Assembly: GCF_018977255.1 (NCBI RefSeq)
Contig: NW_024704742.1
Location: forward strand, 49,664,001-49,728,000
Length of the DNA: 64,000 bases
Reading direction: 5' to 3'
From: Callorhinchus milii
Lineage: Eukaryota
Positions within the stretch are counted from its first letter, which is position 1. Each line of letters opens with the position of its first letter. The notes beneath the pieces are model-generated. The model saw only the letters and a program-made list of their open reading frames with translations. It ran no database searches and was not told where the DNA came from. The translations under genes and the position numbers were made by a program. Positions 1 to 9,218 of this stretch are shown piece after piece.

Positions 1-994
1 GTGCAAGTTGTTAAGTAACTGATTTCAGTTCTGCAAATGTCCTTAAGATTTGCCATATAAAAAAACAAATAATAGAGGAACTACATTCAAACTGATTAAT
101 ATTTTATAAAATCCATATTATTTGTCACAGGTCACAATTTTCAATGTCAAATAGACCTAGCAGGTTTAAATAAAAATGCCTGAAAACATATTTCTTACAG
201 AATTAAAGATTAGAAAATGACCTGCTGTATTATTGCATTATTTAACTTCCCAAAAATGCTGCAAGCCATTAACTGTATATTATCTCTCTATTAACGTGTC
301 GTAAGAATGTCACAATTATTGATCTTCAAATTACATAAAACCTGGAATGCATTAATTCTCATCTGTCAATCCAAAACCTTCAAAAACCATAATGTTACAC
401 AAAGAGTAATTTTAAGGCTATAATCTATTAGAATGACTATGATAAACCACTCCAATTTCACTAGCTTACTTTAAGTTCAGTAACACCATTCCTTTAGAGG
501 CTGAGGAAATATTCCACTCTTAATACAATATCTGTATCTCATCCGAACACTATCTTAGAATTACAAATACCTGATTTTGGGGTGTAAAGTGGGATTGTAT
601 GTAAATCGCTTTGTAATTTACTCACATCTACCCACAAATTATGTCTCCCCTAAACATCTGCTTGTCATGTTTCAGAATGTAAATCGACAGATGTGAAAAT
701 ATATTTAACGGTTACATTTATTATTGCATGTTTGGTCTGGATATTCTCATTTTGGATTGAAAATGTAACTTTTTCTGATGTTGTAGTTACAGTGCAGGTG
801 TTATTCAAGAGCACTACCTAAACGTAGCTAGGGGGAAAGCAGAGCTCTTTGTATATGTACTGTATCTAGGATCCCAATATCAGTTTAAAATTTAATCTTA
901 GAAGACAGGGCAGTTCTGTCAACTTCTATCTTACATAGACTGTTTAACTGCACAGAAACAGGTCATTCAACCCAACTAGTCATTGTTGATGTTT

Positions 995-1355
995 ATAATA
1001 ATACTTGCATTTGATATAGCGCCTTATCGTATCTTCGATGTCTCCAAGCGCTTCACAGAATATACTGTAAAGTGAATTGACTGTATATTTTGTGGGCAAA
1101 GCGCATCAGCCAATTGCACACAGCAGTGTCCCACAAACAGTCATGGATTGAAGTGACCAATTTATTATTATTTTTTTGAAAGAATTTACTCCTGGAATAG
1201 CGATCCGCCTATCAACTAACAACCGGGTTCGACTTACTGATAGGTAAACACAGGCGTATGGAGTAAGGAAACTTGCCTAATATTTCGCCCTGCCGTGAAC
1301 TGAATCCAGGTCTCTCGCTTGTGAGGCGAGTGCTTTAACCACTGAGCTACAGGAC
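995..1355 (-). mobile_element. tRNA-derived Deu-domain SINE, long variant, near full length, inserted in a CR1 3' remnant
   Basis: The minus strand starts GTCCTGTAGCTCAGTGGTTAAAGCAC (tRNA-like A box), followed by the central GGGACACTGCTGTGTGCAATTGGCTG core and an L2-like tail ending in (TTA)n. It includes the block AACCCGGTTGTTAGTTGATAGGCGGATC. Confidence 0.9.
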
Positions 1356-1443
1356 ACGAGCTTCCTAATACACTCTCTCATATCCCTCTAATTCTCATTT
1401 CCCAAGCATCAAGTTTCATCCAACATTTAAAACGATGGCTTGG

Positions 1444-1760
1444 AATAATAATAATAATAATCCTTGCATTTGATATAGCGCTTTTCACGTCGGGAGGACG
1501 TCCCAAAGCGCTTCACAGGACACACTGTAAAGTGAATTGACTGTATATTTGTGGGCGAACGCAGCAGCCAATTGCGCACAGCAATGTCCCACAAACAGTC
1601 GTAGATTGAAAATGACCAACTTATTATTGCTTTTTCTTTTGGAGGGATTATTATTAGGCTCTGTGTGGAGTAAGGAAACTTGCCCAAGGTTTGCCTGGAA
1701 TTGAACTCAGGTCTCTCGCTTGCAGAGTGAGTGCTCTAACCATTGAGCTACAGGACTCCA
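1444..1760 (-). mobile_element. Full-length young tRNA-derived Deu-domain SINE (short variant) with TSD
   Basis: TGGAGTCCTGTAGCTCAATGGTTAGAGCAC head, GAGTTCAATTCC B box, Deu-like core, 3' hairpin at 1477-1512 and (TTA)n tail. CTTGG is directly repeated at 1439-1443 and 1761-1765. Confidence 0.95.
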
Positions 1761-2074
1761 CTTGGTTGATTGTTTCAAATTTTAAAGTAAAAATATCTCT
1801 GAATTAGCAAGGCAATGTTAATTTGCCTGAAGCAGTTATGCGACAATCCAGGGTGTATAAAAAGCATCACTTTTTTTAAGAATGAAAATAAAAACAAGTC
1901 TTTCGTCTCTTTATTTTCTGTGTCTCAAAACTGCAATTAACAGTGCAGAATCAGGGACCACGTGTGTTACCGGGGCACATATTCTGTGACACTAATAATT
2001 ATGATGATATTGTTTATAATAACAATACTTGCATTTATACTTTGCATCTTTTGGTAAAGAACCTCTCAAAGGAC

Positions 2075-2390
2075 TTTGACCTCATATAGCACTGACACTC
2101 TAATGTAGTGCTGGGAGTTGTGCTACATTGTTGGGAGTCGGATGAGACATTAAACCAAGTTCTGCGTGTTCAGGTCGACGTTAAATATTCCATGGCATGT
2201 TATTTGAAAAGAGAAGGGAGTTTATCCTGGTGTCTTGGCCAACAATCCCCCAAATAAAATTGTTCATTCACTTCATGGCTGTCACTTCTATGGCATATAC
2301 AGTTAGTTCACTTTACAGTATATCCTGTGAAGCACGTCGAGACGTCCTCCTAACATGAAAAGCACCATACGAAATGTAAGGATTATTTAC
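2075..2390 (+). mobile_element. SacSINE1-like Deu SINE fragment
   Basis: GGATGAGACATTAAACC...GAAAAGAGAAGGGAGTTT...TGGCCAACAATCCCC body shared with the copy at 34555, plus an AAGGATTATT tail. Confidence 0.8.
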
Positions 2391-2449
2391 TATGAAGTGT
2401 ATGAAGTGTATGAAGTGTGCATTTCCAGACAAACACGGAAGCCAATTTA

Positions 2450-2700
2450 CACACACTTGCAATTATGTGGCACCCTTCTTGGTGGGTAGTGTCTTGGAAA
2501 GCTTAACAGAGTTGGAGCCTGACACTGAGCTGGGATGAGATGGGAAGTGACTGTAGCATGATCGAAGAGGAAGGTTTTCTGAAGACAGATAAGTACGGAG
2601 GAGCAAAGCAGAGGGAGAGTTCCAGAGTCTCGGGCGTAGTTGCTGAAAGAACGGCCGCTGACAGTGGAGAGGAGGGGACACAACAAAGTTCCACAAACAG
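2450..2700 (-). mobile_element. Degenerate L2 3' end
   Basis: KTFLFDHA-type ORF2 end (ORF 2447..2773) and an L2-type tail. Confidence 0.7.
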
Positions 2701-2714
2701 CCATGGAGTGTCTA

Positions 2715-3476
2715 ACTTTATCTGGGGGATTCACATCTTGTCCCTGACCAGGACTACCTTCCTCCACCTCCACATTATCCGCCTCCGAACCATACCTTAT
2801 CCCAGATGCAGTCGAAACATGCGCTCGTCACCTCCTGACTCGACTTTTCAAATGCTCTCATTGCCAGACTCCCCATGCACAGGATCCAGCTGATCCCAAA
2901 CTCTGCCGTCCGCATACTCGCCAGTACTAAACCCCGTACCTCCATCACACCAGTTCTAGCCAGGCTCCACCGGCTCCCAACCGCTGACCGGATCGATTTC
3001 AACTCTCTCACACTTGTTTTCAAATCCCTTCATGCCCTGGCGCTCCCACCTGCTTATCTCCCAACTCACAGGCTCTGGTCAACTGGCCTTCTGCATGTCC
3101 CTCACGCCCTCTGTTCTGCCATTGGTGGCTGCGCTTTCAGCCACGACACTCCAAAACTCTGGAACTCTTCCTCTACCCCCGACTGTTCGTGGGGCACCGC
3201 TGTGCGCAATTGGCCGCCGCGTTTCGCCCCCAAATATACGATCAATTCAATTTACAGTCTATTCTGTGAAGCGCTTTGAGACGTCGAGAAGACGTGAAAA
3301 AGCGCTATACCAAATGCAAGGATTATTATTATTATTAATTATTATTACCCCTCCGCCTGGAGATTCGATCGCGGCTGCGGTCGCCCCCCACCCCCCACCC
3401 CCCGTCCCCCCCGGTCAGCATCGGGCTCCGTCCGACCACTGTCAAGCGCTGTGTAAATGCAAGTTGTTGTTGTTGT
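2715..3476 (+). mobile_element. L2 3' fragment interrupted by a SINE 3' half (3181-3347)
   Basis: ORF 2875 reads IQLIPNSAVRIL..ITPVLARLHRLP..IDF..AFSHDTPKLWNS (L2 ORF2 C-terminus). A (TTG)n tail ends at ~3476, with a Deu core plus (TTA)n tail nested inside. Confidence 0.85.
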
Positions 3477-3600
3477 CCGGGTCGCAAGGCGAGAGACGCT
3501 CTCTTCCCTTGTGGATTAGTGCCATGGGATCTTTAAACCTGAACAGGCAGACAGGACCTCAGCTTAACGTCTCATCCTAATGTGGGGGGTCTCCAGCTCC

Positions 3601-3626
3601 AGACAGACAGACAGACAGACAGACAG
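3601..3626. repeat. (AGAC)n microsatellite
   Basis: agacagacagacagacagacagacag, just inside intron 1. Confidence 0.95.
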
Positions 3627-3661
3627 GCCTTGGGGGGGGAGGGGGGGGCAGACTGACTGAC

Positions 3662-3781
3662 CTGCGCGGACCCACAGGCCGCTCCTGTCTGCAGCCCACG
3701 GATCGACGCTCTCGCCGCGGCCCGGGACCCGCCGCACCAGCGACACCGCCTCCAGAGCATCTGAGAGGCCGAGGCCCACAT
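3662..3781 (-). CDS. First coding exon of a probable nuclear-encoded mitochondrial protein (MWASASQMLWRRCRWCGGSRAAARASIRGLQTGAACGSAQ)
   Basis: GCCGCCCTC-ATG inside the CpG island, then 40 codons ending at a strong donor CAG|GTCAGT (phase 0). The peptide is Arg/Ala/Ser-rich with no acidic residues, typical of a matrix-targeting presequence. The rest of the gene probably lies left of the window. Confidence 0.75.
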
Positions 3782-4348
3782 GAGGGCGGCGGCGGCGGGA
3801 GGGGAGAAGGGAAGGGAGAGGAGAGGACGGCGGCGGCCCCGGCGCCAGACTGGCGTGCGCGTGCGCGGGAGCGCGGGCTGAGCGCAATCACAAACGGTCA
3901 CAGCCCCCCCTCCCCCCCCCCGGCAACCCTCCCCAGCCAATGGCACGACGAATGGTGAGCACGTGATCAGGGCCGACTGAAGCCACGCGGCGGCCCGGCC
4001 ATCTTGGTGATGGAGAGGGCACTCACTCAGCAGACGCGACTCCCCACCCCACCCCCCCCCCCCCTCCCGCGTGATTGCATTTTTTTTCACGGCGGCGAAT
4101 GGGGTGCGCACTGAACATGCGCCGAGTCTTTCCCTCGCTGAACAGCAGCGGATATGCGCATGTGCGGGCTTGCCCCATGCAGCTGGTGTGGTGCTGGTGT
4201 GGGGGAGGGGTGAAACTCGCAGAGACCAGGACATGTCCAGCAGCACCTGCTCACTGCTCCTTTTTTTTTGGTCAGCCCGGTCTCTGGAGAGACCGCGAGC
4301 GCGGCCGGCGCGGAAATATTTCCAATGAGTGTACTACAACGCCACATT

Positions 4349-4673
4349 AATAATAATAATAATAATAATCCTTGCATTTGATATAGCGCTTTTCACGTCG
4401 GGAGGACGTCCCAAAGCGCTTCACAGAACACACTGTAAAGTGAATTGACTGTATATTCGTGGGCGAACGCGGCAGCCAATTGCGCACAGCAATGTCCCAC
4501 AAACAGTCGTAGATTGAAAATGACCAATTTATTATTATTTTTGGTTTTGGAGGGATTATTATTAGGTGTGTGGAGTAAGGAAACTTGCCCAAGGTTTCGC
4601 CCTCTGCCTGGAATTGAACTCAGGTCTCTCACTTGCAAAGCGAGTGCTCTAACCACTGAGCTACAGGACTCCA
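4349..4673 (-). mobile_element. Full-length young tRNA-derived Deu SINE (short variant)
   Basis: Nearly the same sequence as 1444-1760. The head has a TTTGCAA anticodon-like loop (Ala-type). CCACATT is repeated at 4342-4348 and 4671-4677. Confidence 0.95.
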
Positions 4674-4860
4674 CATTGCATTTGGCTCCGGACAGTCAGG
4701 GATTTGGACCTGAGCCGGGGTGGAGGGGGTGGCTGATTGGTTGGAGGGGGAGGGCAGGGAGGGTGGTCGAAGAGGAGGGTCTTGAGATGTGCCTTGAAGG
4801 AGGCAAGAGGGGGAGCGAGGCGAACGCAATGCTCTCTGGAGTTCCAAAGTGGAGGGAGGG
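4674..4860 (-). mobile_element. L2 3' fragment
   Basis: PPLWNS..RLAPPLASFKAHLKTLLFDH in ORF 4661..4954. Confidence 0.85.
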
Positions 4861-5080
4861 ATGTTTGTTCATTTTTGATGGCCGGGTGGGTGCCTGACCC
4901 GTGCGTGCCTAAAATATCCAAACCAAAAGTTCCACATGTGTACGCCACCTCCACAGCCCGTTGGCAATCTCCCTCTCTGTCTGGAATGGAACGTGCTCTT
5001 TTTCCCTGGAGGGATGCACCTTGTTTACCTATCTCTGGAAAGTATCAGGTGCAGGTTGGAAAGAGCCACGGTTTGGGAAC
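4860..5080 (-). repeat. Unclassified interspersed repeat, copy 1
   Basis: Aligns by eye with 18430-18650, 32420-32550 and 57460-57655. Confidence 0.7.
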
Positions 5081-5099
5081 CATGGAATATATGTTGGGT

Positions 5100-5700
5100 A
5101 CAACAACAGTCATTTGCATTTATATAGGGTGCAGTGTCTTGAAGCATTTAACAGAGGTAGGGTGTGATGCTGAACCAGGGAGAGGGAGAGGGAGAAGGTG
5201 ACGATAGGCACAGTCAAAGAGGAACGTCTTCAGGTGTGATTTGAAGATGGTTAAGAAGGCAGAGGGATTGAGTGAGAGAGTCATAGTTTTAGGGCGTAAT
5301 GGCTGAAAGCATGGCTGCCGATGGTGGAGGAGAGGGAACGAGGGCAAGCAGGAGCCAGCCAAGTGGGGGTAGTCGTGGGGAGTAAACAGGTCAGAGAGGT
5401 TGGGAAGTACCAGGATGTGAAGAGATTTGTAGATGAGTGTAAGTTTGATCCGTTTTGTGATAAGGATCCAGTGGAGGCTGGTGAGGACCTGGGGGACAAG
5501 AGCTTGGTGCGGGTGAGTATGCAGGTGCGGGTCATAATTTTGAATTAGTTGTATTTCATGAATGGTGGAGCTGGGGAGACTAGCAAAGAGAGCATTGGAA
5601 TAATCGAGGCAGGAAGTGACAAATGTGTGGATGGGTTTCAGCTTTGTTGAGTGTGAGTTAAGATTGGAGGTCAGCAATCTGGCCGAGGTGGAGTACATCA
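5100..5700 (-). mobile_element. Degenerate L2 3' fragment
   Basis: IHTFVTSCLDYSNALFASLPSSTIHEIQLIQN..LHW..FKSHLKTFLFD in ORF 5120..5707. Confidence 0.9.
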
Positions 5701-5891
5701 ATAACAATATTAAACGTGTGTATCCTTTGGATTGTCACACTTCAATGCTGGTTTACGTAATTACATCTAAACTAGTGTTTAAAAGTTGAACTGAAATGGT
5801 ATTCCTTGAACACAAACTGATAAGCTGCAATCCATGGGGTGACAAGTTCAACAACTCTATAAACTGGCTCAATAGGCAGTTGGCTTTTATT

Positions 5892-6275
5892 GAGTCCTGT
5901 AGTTGCAGCATTTTGGTGCAGAGCACTCGCTTCACAAACGAAAGTACCCGCGTTCGATTCCCAGACAGGGTGAATGCTTTGGCAAGTTTTCTTACTCCAC
6001 ATGCCTCTATTTACCTAGTAGTAAGTAGGAACCCTGTTGTTAGTCGATTGATGGATTGCTTTCTGGGGCTAATAATCCCTTCAAAAATAAAGAAAATAAT
6101 AATGTGGTTACTCAATCTGCGACTGTGGGACACTGCTGTGTTCAATTGGCTGCTGCATTTTCCCCTCACAATATACAGTCAATTAACTTTCTAGTATATT
6201 CTGTGAAGTGCTTTGAGATGTGTCAACTACGTGATAAGGTGCTACATCAAATGCAAGGATTATTAGTAGTAGTAT
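5892..6275 (+). mobile_element. tRNA-derived Deu SINE, long variant
   Basis: GAGTCCTGTAG head, GTTCGATTCC B box, AGTAAGTAGGAACCC block, Deu core and AAATGCAAGGATTATTAG tail. Confidence 0.9.
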
Positions 6276-6399
6276 ACGCACCCAACTTTTTTCAAAGTCA
6301 GGATGACTTTGATGAGATCAGATGAGATCAGATGGGCCAAAAGGCTTTCTTCATCCAAACCATTCCATTCGGAGTGTTCACCAGAAACCAGTCGTCGAC

Positions 6400-7645
6400 T
6401 GGGACTTTTGATGATTTTTATGAAATTCTGATGATATGGTATCATTTGTGAAAAACATCATATTGAATGTTGCATTTTTCATCCACTTGTAACACATACA
6501 CTGCATTACCAATGAAAAGTAAACAGACTTTTCAAAATTGAACATGATACATACTGTAAATACTGTATTAATGCAGTTATTTTCTGTTGCACCACAAGAT
6601 GGCAATGTTAACATAATAATCACAATGGGTCTAATGAGTAATGCTTTCAAACTATTGCATTCATTGCAGCTTTAGTATTGCAAATATTCCTTATTAGTTC
6701 CGATTTTCAAATAGCTTCAATACATTTGTGATGTATACAAAGCTGTCAAAAGGTTAACTTTCCTATTTTTCTTTATCCATCTTGGTAAAGCATTACCATA
6801 TTTCTCTTGTTTTGATCTCCTTGCATAGTAAATACGACAGCCATTAAAACTGATATTAGCACAACATAACATCCTTTTAAGCCTTTGTACTATAATGGAT
6901 TTGAGGCAAACAGTTGTTGTTGCATGGTCGTGAGCAATTGTAGTTTGTTGTTATGTACCCCTCTTCAAAAACAAAGACAAGTTCCCCCAAATAAGCATGG
7001 CAAGGTTTCTCTTCATGCTAAAATAGCGAATGTTGTACATTGCTAAAATGAATCACTTCACAAGGATGTTACAGTTATTACAAAAGCAGATCAAAGCAAG
7101 AGCAGTGTAATAATGAAGTAAAAGTAAGGTGGTGGATTGAGGGGGTTAGTTTTTCAAAATGCAAGGCAGGAATGTGGAAATAGAAAAATAAGTAACAGTA
7201 AAACCAGAAACCCTGCTACATCAAAGACAACAGTGATCTTATTTTGAAATTCAAGTACAACCTTTCAAATTAAGTAAAATGTGTACAGTAATTAGATTGT
7301 AGCATGATTTATTTCAAAATTAAACCAATTGGATCTGATTTGCTGTATTTCTTAATAGATTTCTGAATAAGAAAGATGCAATCATTTCTAAGATACGGAC
7401 TGTCCACGTACTATGCTTTAGAAATTGGAAAATTACATATTTCTTCCTAAAAAATCTGTTGAGAAATAACACAAATTAGACCCCGATATCTGACTTATTA
7501 TTTCAGTGACCAACACTAACAAGAACACCTCTAATCAGATTGCAATAACTATGGACCACTTGTTTTGAGAATCCATTGATTTCTGTCTTTATTACAAGCA
7601 GGTGCTTTGTGTTAGATGCTTTGGCTTCACAATCAAAAGACTTAG
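6400..7645 (-). other. Probable 3'UTR of the upstream minus-strand gene
   Basis: AT-rich unique sequence with no recognisable repeats, downstream of the terminal exon. Minus-strand AATAAA occurs at 7588-7593, 7308-7313 and 5886-5891; the true 3' end is unknown. Confidence 0.5.
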
Positions 7646-7747
7646 CTAGTTAATAAGGTTGGGTGACTTGGATTTATCTGAAGAAGAAATTGTCATGTCA
7701 ATTGTTGTCAATGCTTTTGAAGAGGTTTTGGTCAATTTCAGTTCAAT
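7646..7747 (-). CDS. Candidate terminal coding exon (phase 0: IELKLTKTSSKALTTIDMTISSSDKSKSPNLIN*; phase 1: only xAT-TGA)
   Basis: Strong acceptor TTTATCTCTTGTTTCACAG|ATTGAA, open to TAG at 7646 in phase 0, and followed by UTR-like sequence. The reading phase cannot be fixed from this window. Confidence 0.5.
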   Translation of the reverse strand: MELKLTKTSSKALTTIDMTISSSDKSKSPNLIN

Positions 7748-8569
7748 CTGTGAAACAAGAGATAAACTCAAGAGAATGAGTGTATACTGCAGCTGGTCAG
7801 CACAGACTTTCATTGCCAGCACTTGTATTCTAATCAAAGGTAGACTGATGGGTATAATGTCTTTCCTCCCTGTTGACTATAAGCGTTTTATTTGAGTTTC
7901 CATCTCCACTTAATTACTAATAGCTAATGGTTCATGTCATAAAATAGGTAAAGAGCATACTTCAGTATAAATTAACAATGAGATCCAGTAGATTAATACA
8001 AAGTGGAGGTTCTGTGAGTCACTGTCACATATACTTGGTTACCAAAATGGTAAGGATGAGAACATAAGGATGACTGGCATAAGAAATTATAAGTTCATAC
8101 TGCTGAGTAGGAAGAGTCTTCTTTGGAAATTGCTGGCACAGCCCTCTCCTCTTATAATACACCAACCCGTGATAAAAATATACAAGTGATTGTTAAGCAC
8201 GGTCAGGAATTAATTGAATAGCTTTCTGGGGTAATACATGAGGAATAGGCATTTTGTTGAGATACAGGAGGACAGTCAACAGAGGGTAGAACGCATGAGT
8301 TGGTACTTTAAATTCAAGGAAATTTGAGAGATTTAACAAACAGATTTTGTTGACATTGGTGACACTTTGTGTTAGCTTTAGAGCTGAATAAGGACTTGTA
8401 CATTCTCAACAGGGAGGTAATTTACAAAATGATAAACCTATAATACTTTAATTTGATATTTGACTGTTCAGCACCTTGGGACGTCTTCCTGATGTTAAAG
8501 GCACTATACAAATGTAATGTGTTGTTTAACATCCACCTGAACAGGCAGGACCTTGAGCTAAACACCTCA

Positions 8570-9120
8570 TAATAATAATTCTTGCAATTTAATCTAGCAT
8601 CTTTCACATCAGGAGGATGTCTCAAAACTTCACAAGATTTACTGTAAAGTGTAGTGACTTTGTATTTTGTAGACAAATGTGGCAGCCAATTTATGCACAG
8701 CAATGTCCCACAAACAACCAATAAGTCTCATCCAAAGGTTAGCACTTCCATCAAAGCATACTCCCCCAGCACTGTATTGGTATGTTGGTCTAGATGGTGA
8801 GTTCAAAGTACCAACTGCGGCCTTAAACCCACAATCTCTTAACTCAGGAGAGTGCCACCAAATGAGCCAATCTGACTAACAGTTGGACTATTAGCTTTTC
8901 TGTCCCTACTTCCTGGAACTCCATCCCAGAGTACCTTCTCCTTGCCCCTTCCCTCACCTCCTTCAAGGTCCTTCTCAAGACCTTTCGTTTTGACCCCACC
9001 TTTGGCCATCTTCTCTATCCCATCCTTCCCGAATCCCACCCCAAGCTCCAGTGACAACCCTTGATTGTCCAGCACTTTGGGATGTCCTCCAGATGTGAAA
9101 GGCACTGTATAATTGCTTGT
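8570..9120. mobile_element. Degenerate SacSINE1-like SINE (-, ~8570-8880) and L2 3' end (+, ~8885-9120)
   Basis: Deu core GGCAGCCAATTTATGCACAGCAATGTCCCACAAAC, and an L2 tail GGGATGTCCTCCAGATGTGAAAGGCAC. Confidence 0.75.
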
Positions 9121-9218
9121 TTTCTATACATTTAGATGTGCAACCTGGAGGCCCTTCTGAACATATTTGGCTAGGCAAACTAAATGTATATCAGATCAGT
9201 ATTCCTTGTTATCTGGTG

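Larger units (their letters stand above)
3350..4345. promoter_or_regulatory. CpG island / promoter of the minus-strand gene
   Basis: The only long GC- and CpG-rich unique stretch in the window. It contains NRF1-like GCGCACGCGCA (3856-3866, minus), CCAAT (3937-3941), CACGTG (3960-3965), YY1-type CCATCTT (3999-4005) and TGCGCATGTGC (4155-4165). Confidence 0.9.

Noticed and set aside
470..500. 31-nt AG..GT segment on the minus strand as exon 2 of the mitochondrial gene
   Set aside because: It has an in-frame TGA when joined in phase 0 to exon 1, and there is no other support.
1427..1687. 86-aa ORF ending CKDYYYYY (similar ORFs at 4347, 34756, 39274, 48151)
   Set aside because: These are translations of the SINE body; the poly-Tyr is the (TAT)n tail.
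3937..3990. ER-stress element (CCAAT-N9-CCACG)
   Set aside because: CCAAT and CCACG are both present but not at 9-nt spacing.
3572..4246. 224-aa ORF and other long ORFs across the CpG island
   Set aside because: GC-rich DNA is poor in stop codons. Only 3662-3781 is bounded by a start context and a splice donor.
4605..4673. tRNA-Ala gene (also heads at 1760, 32028, 52578)
   Set aside because: There is no complete acceptor stem, and the sequence runs straight into the SINE body, so these are SINE heads.
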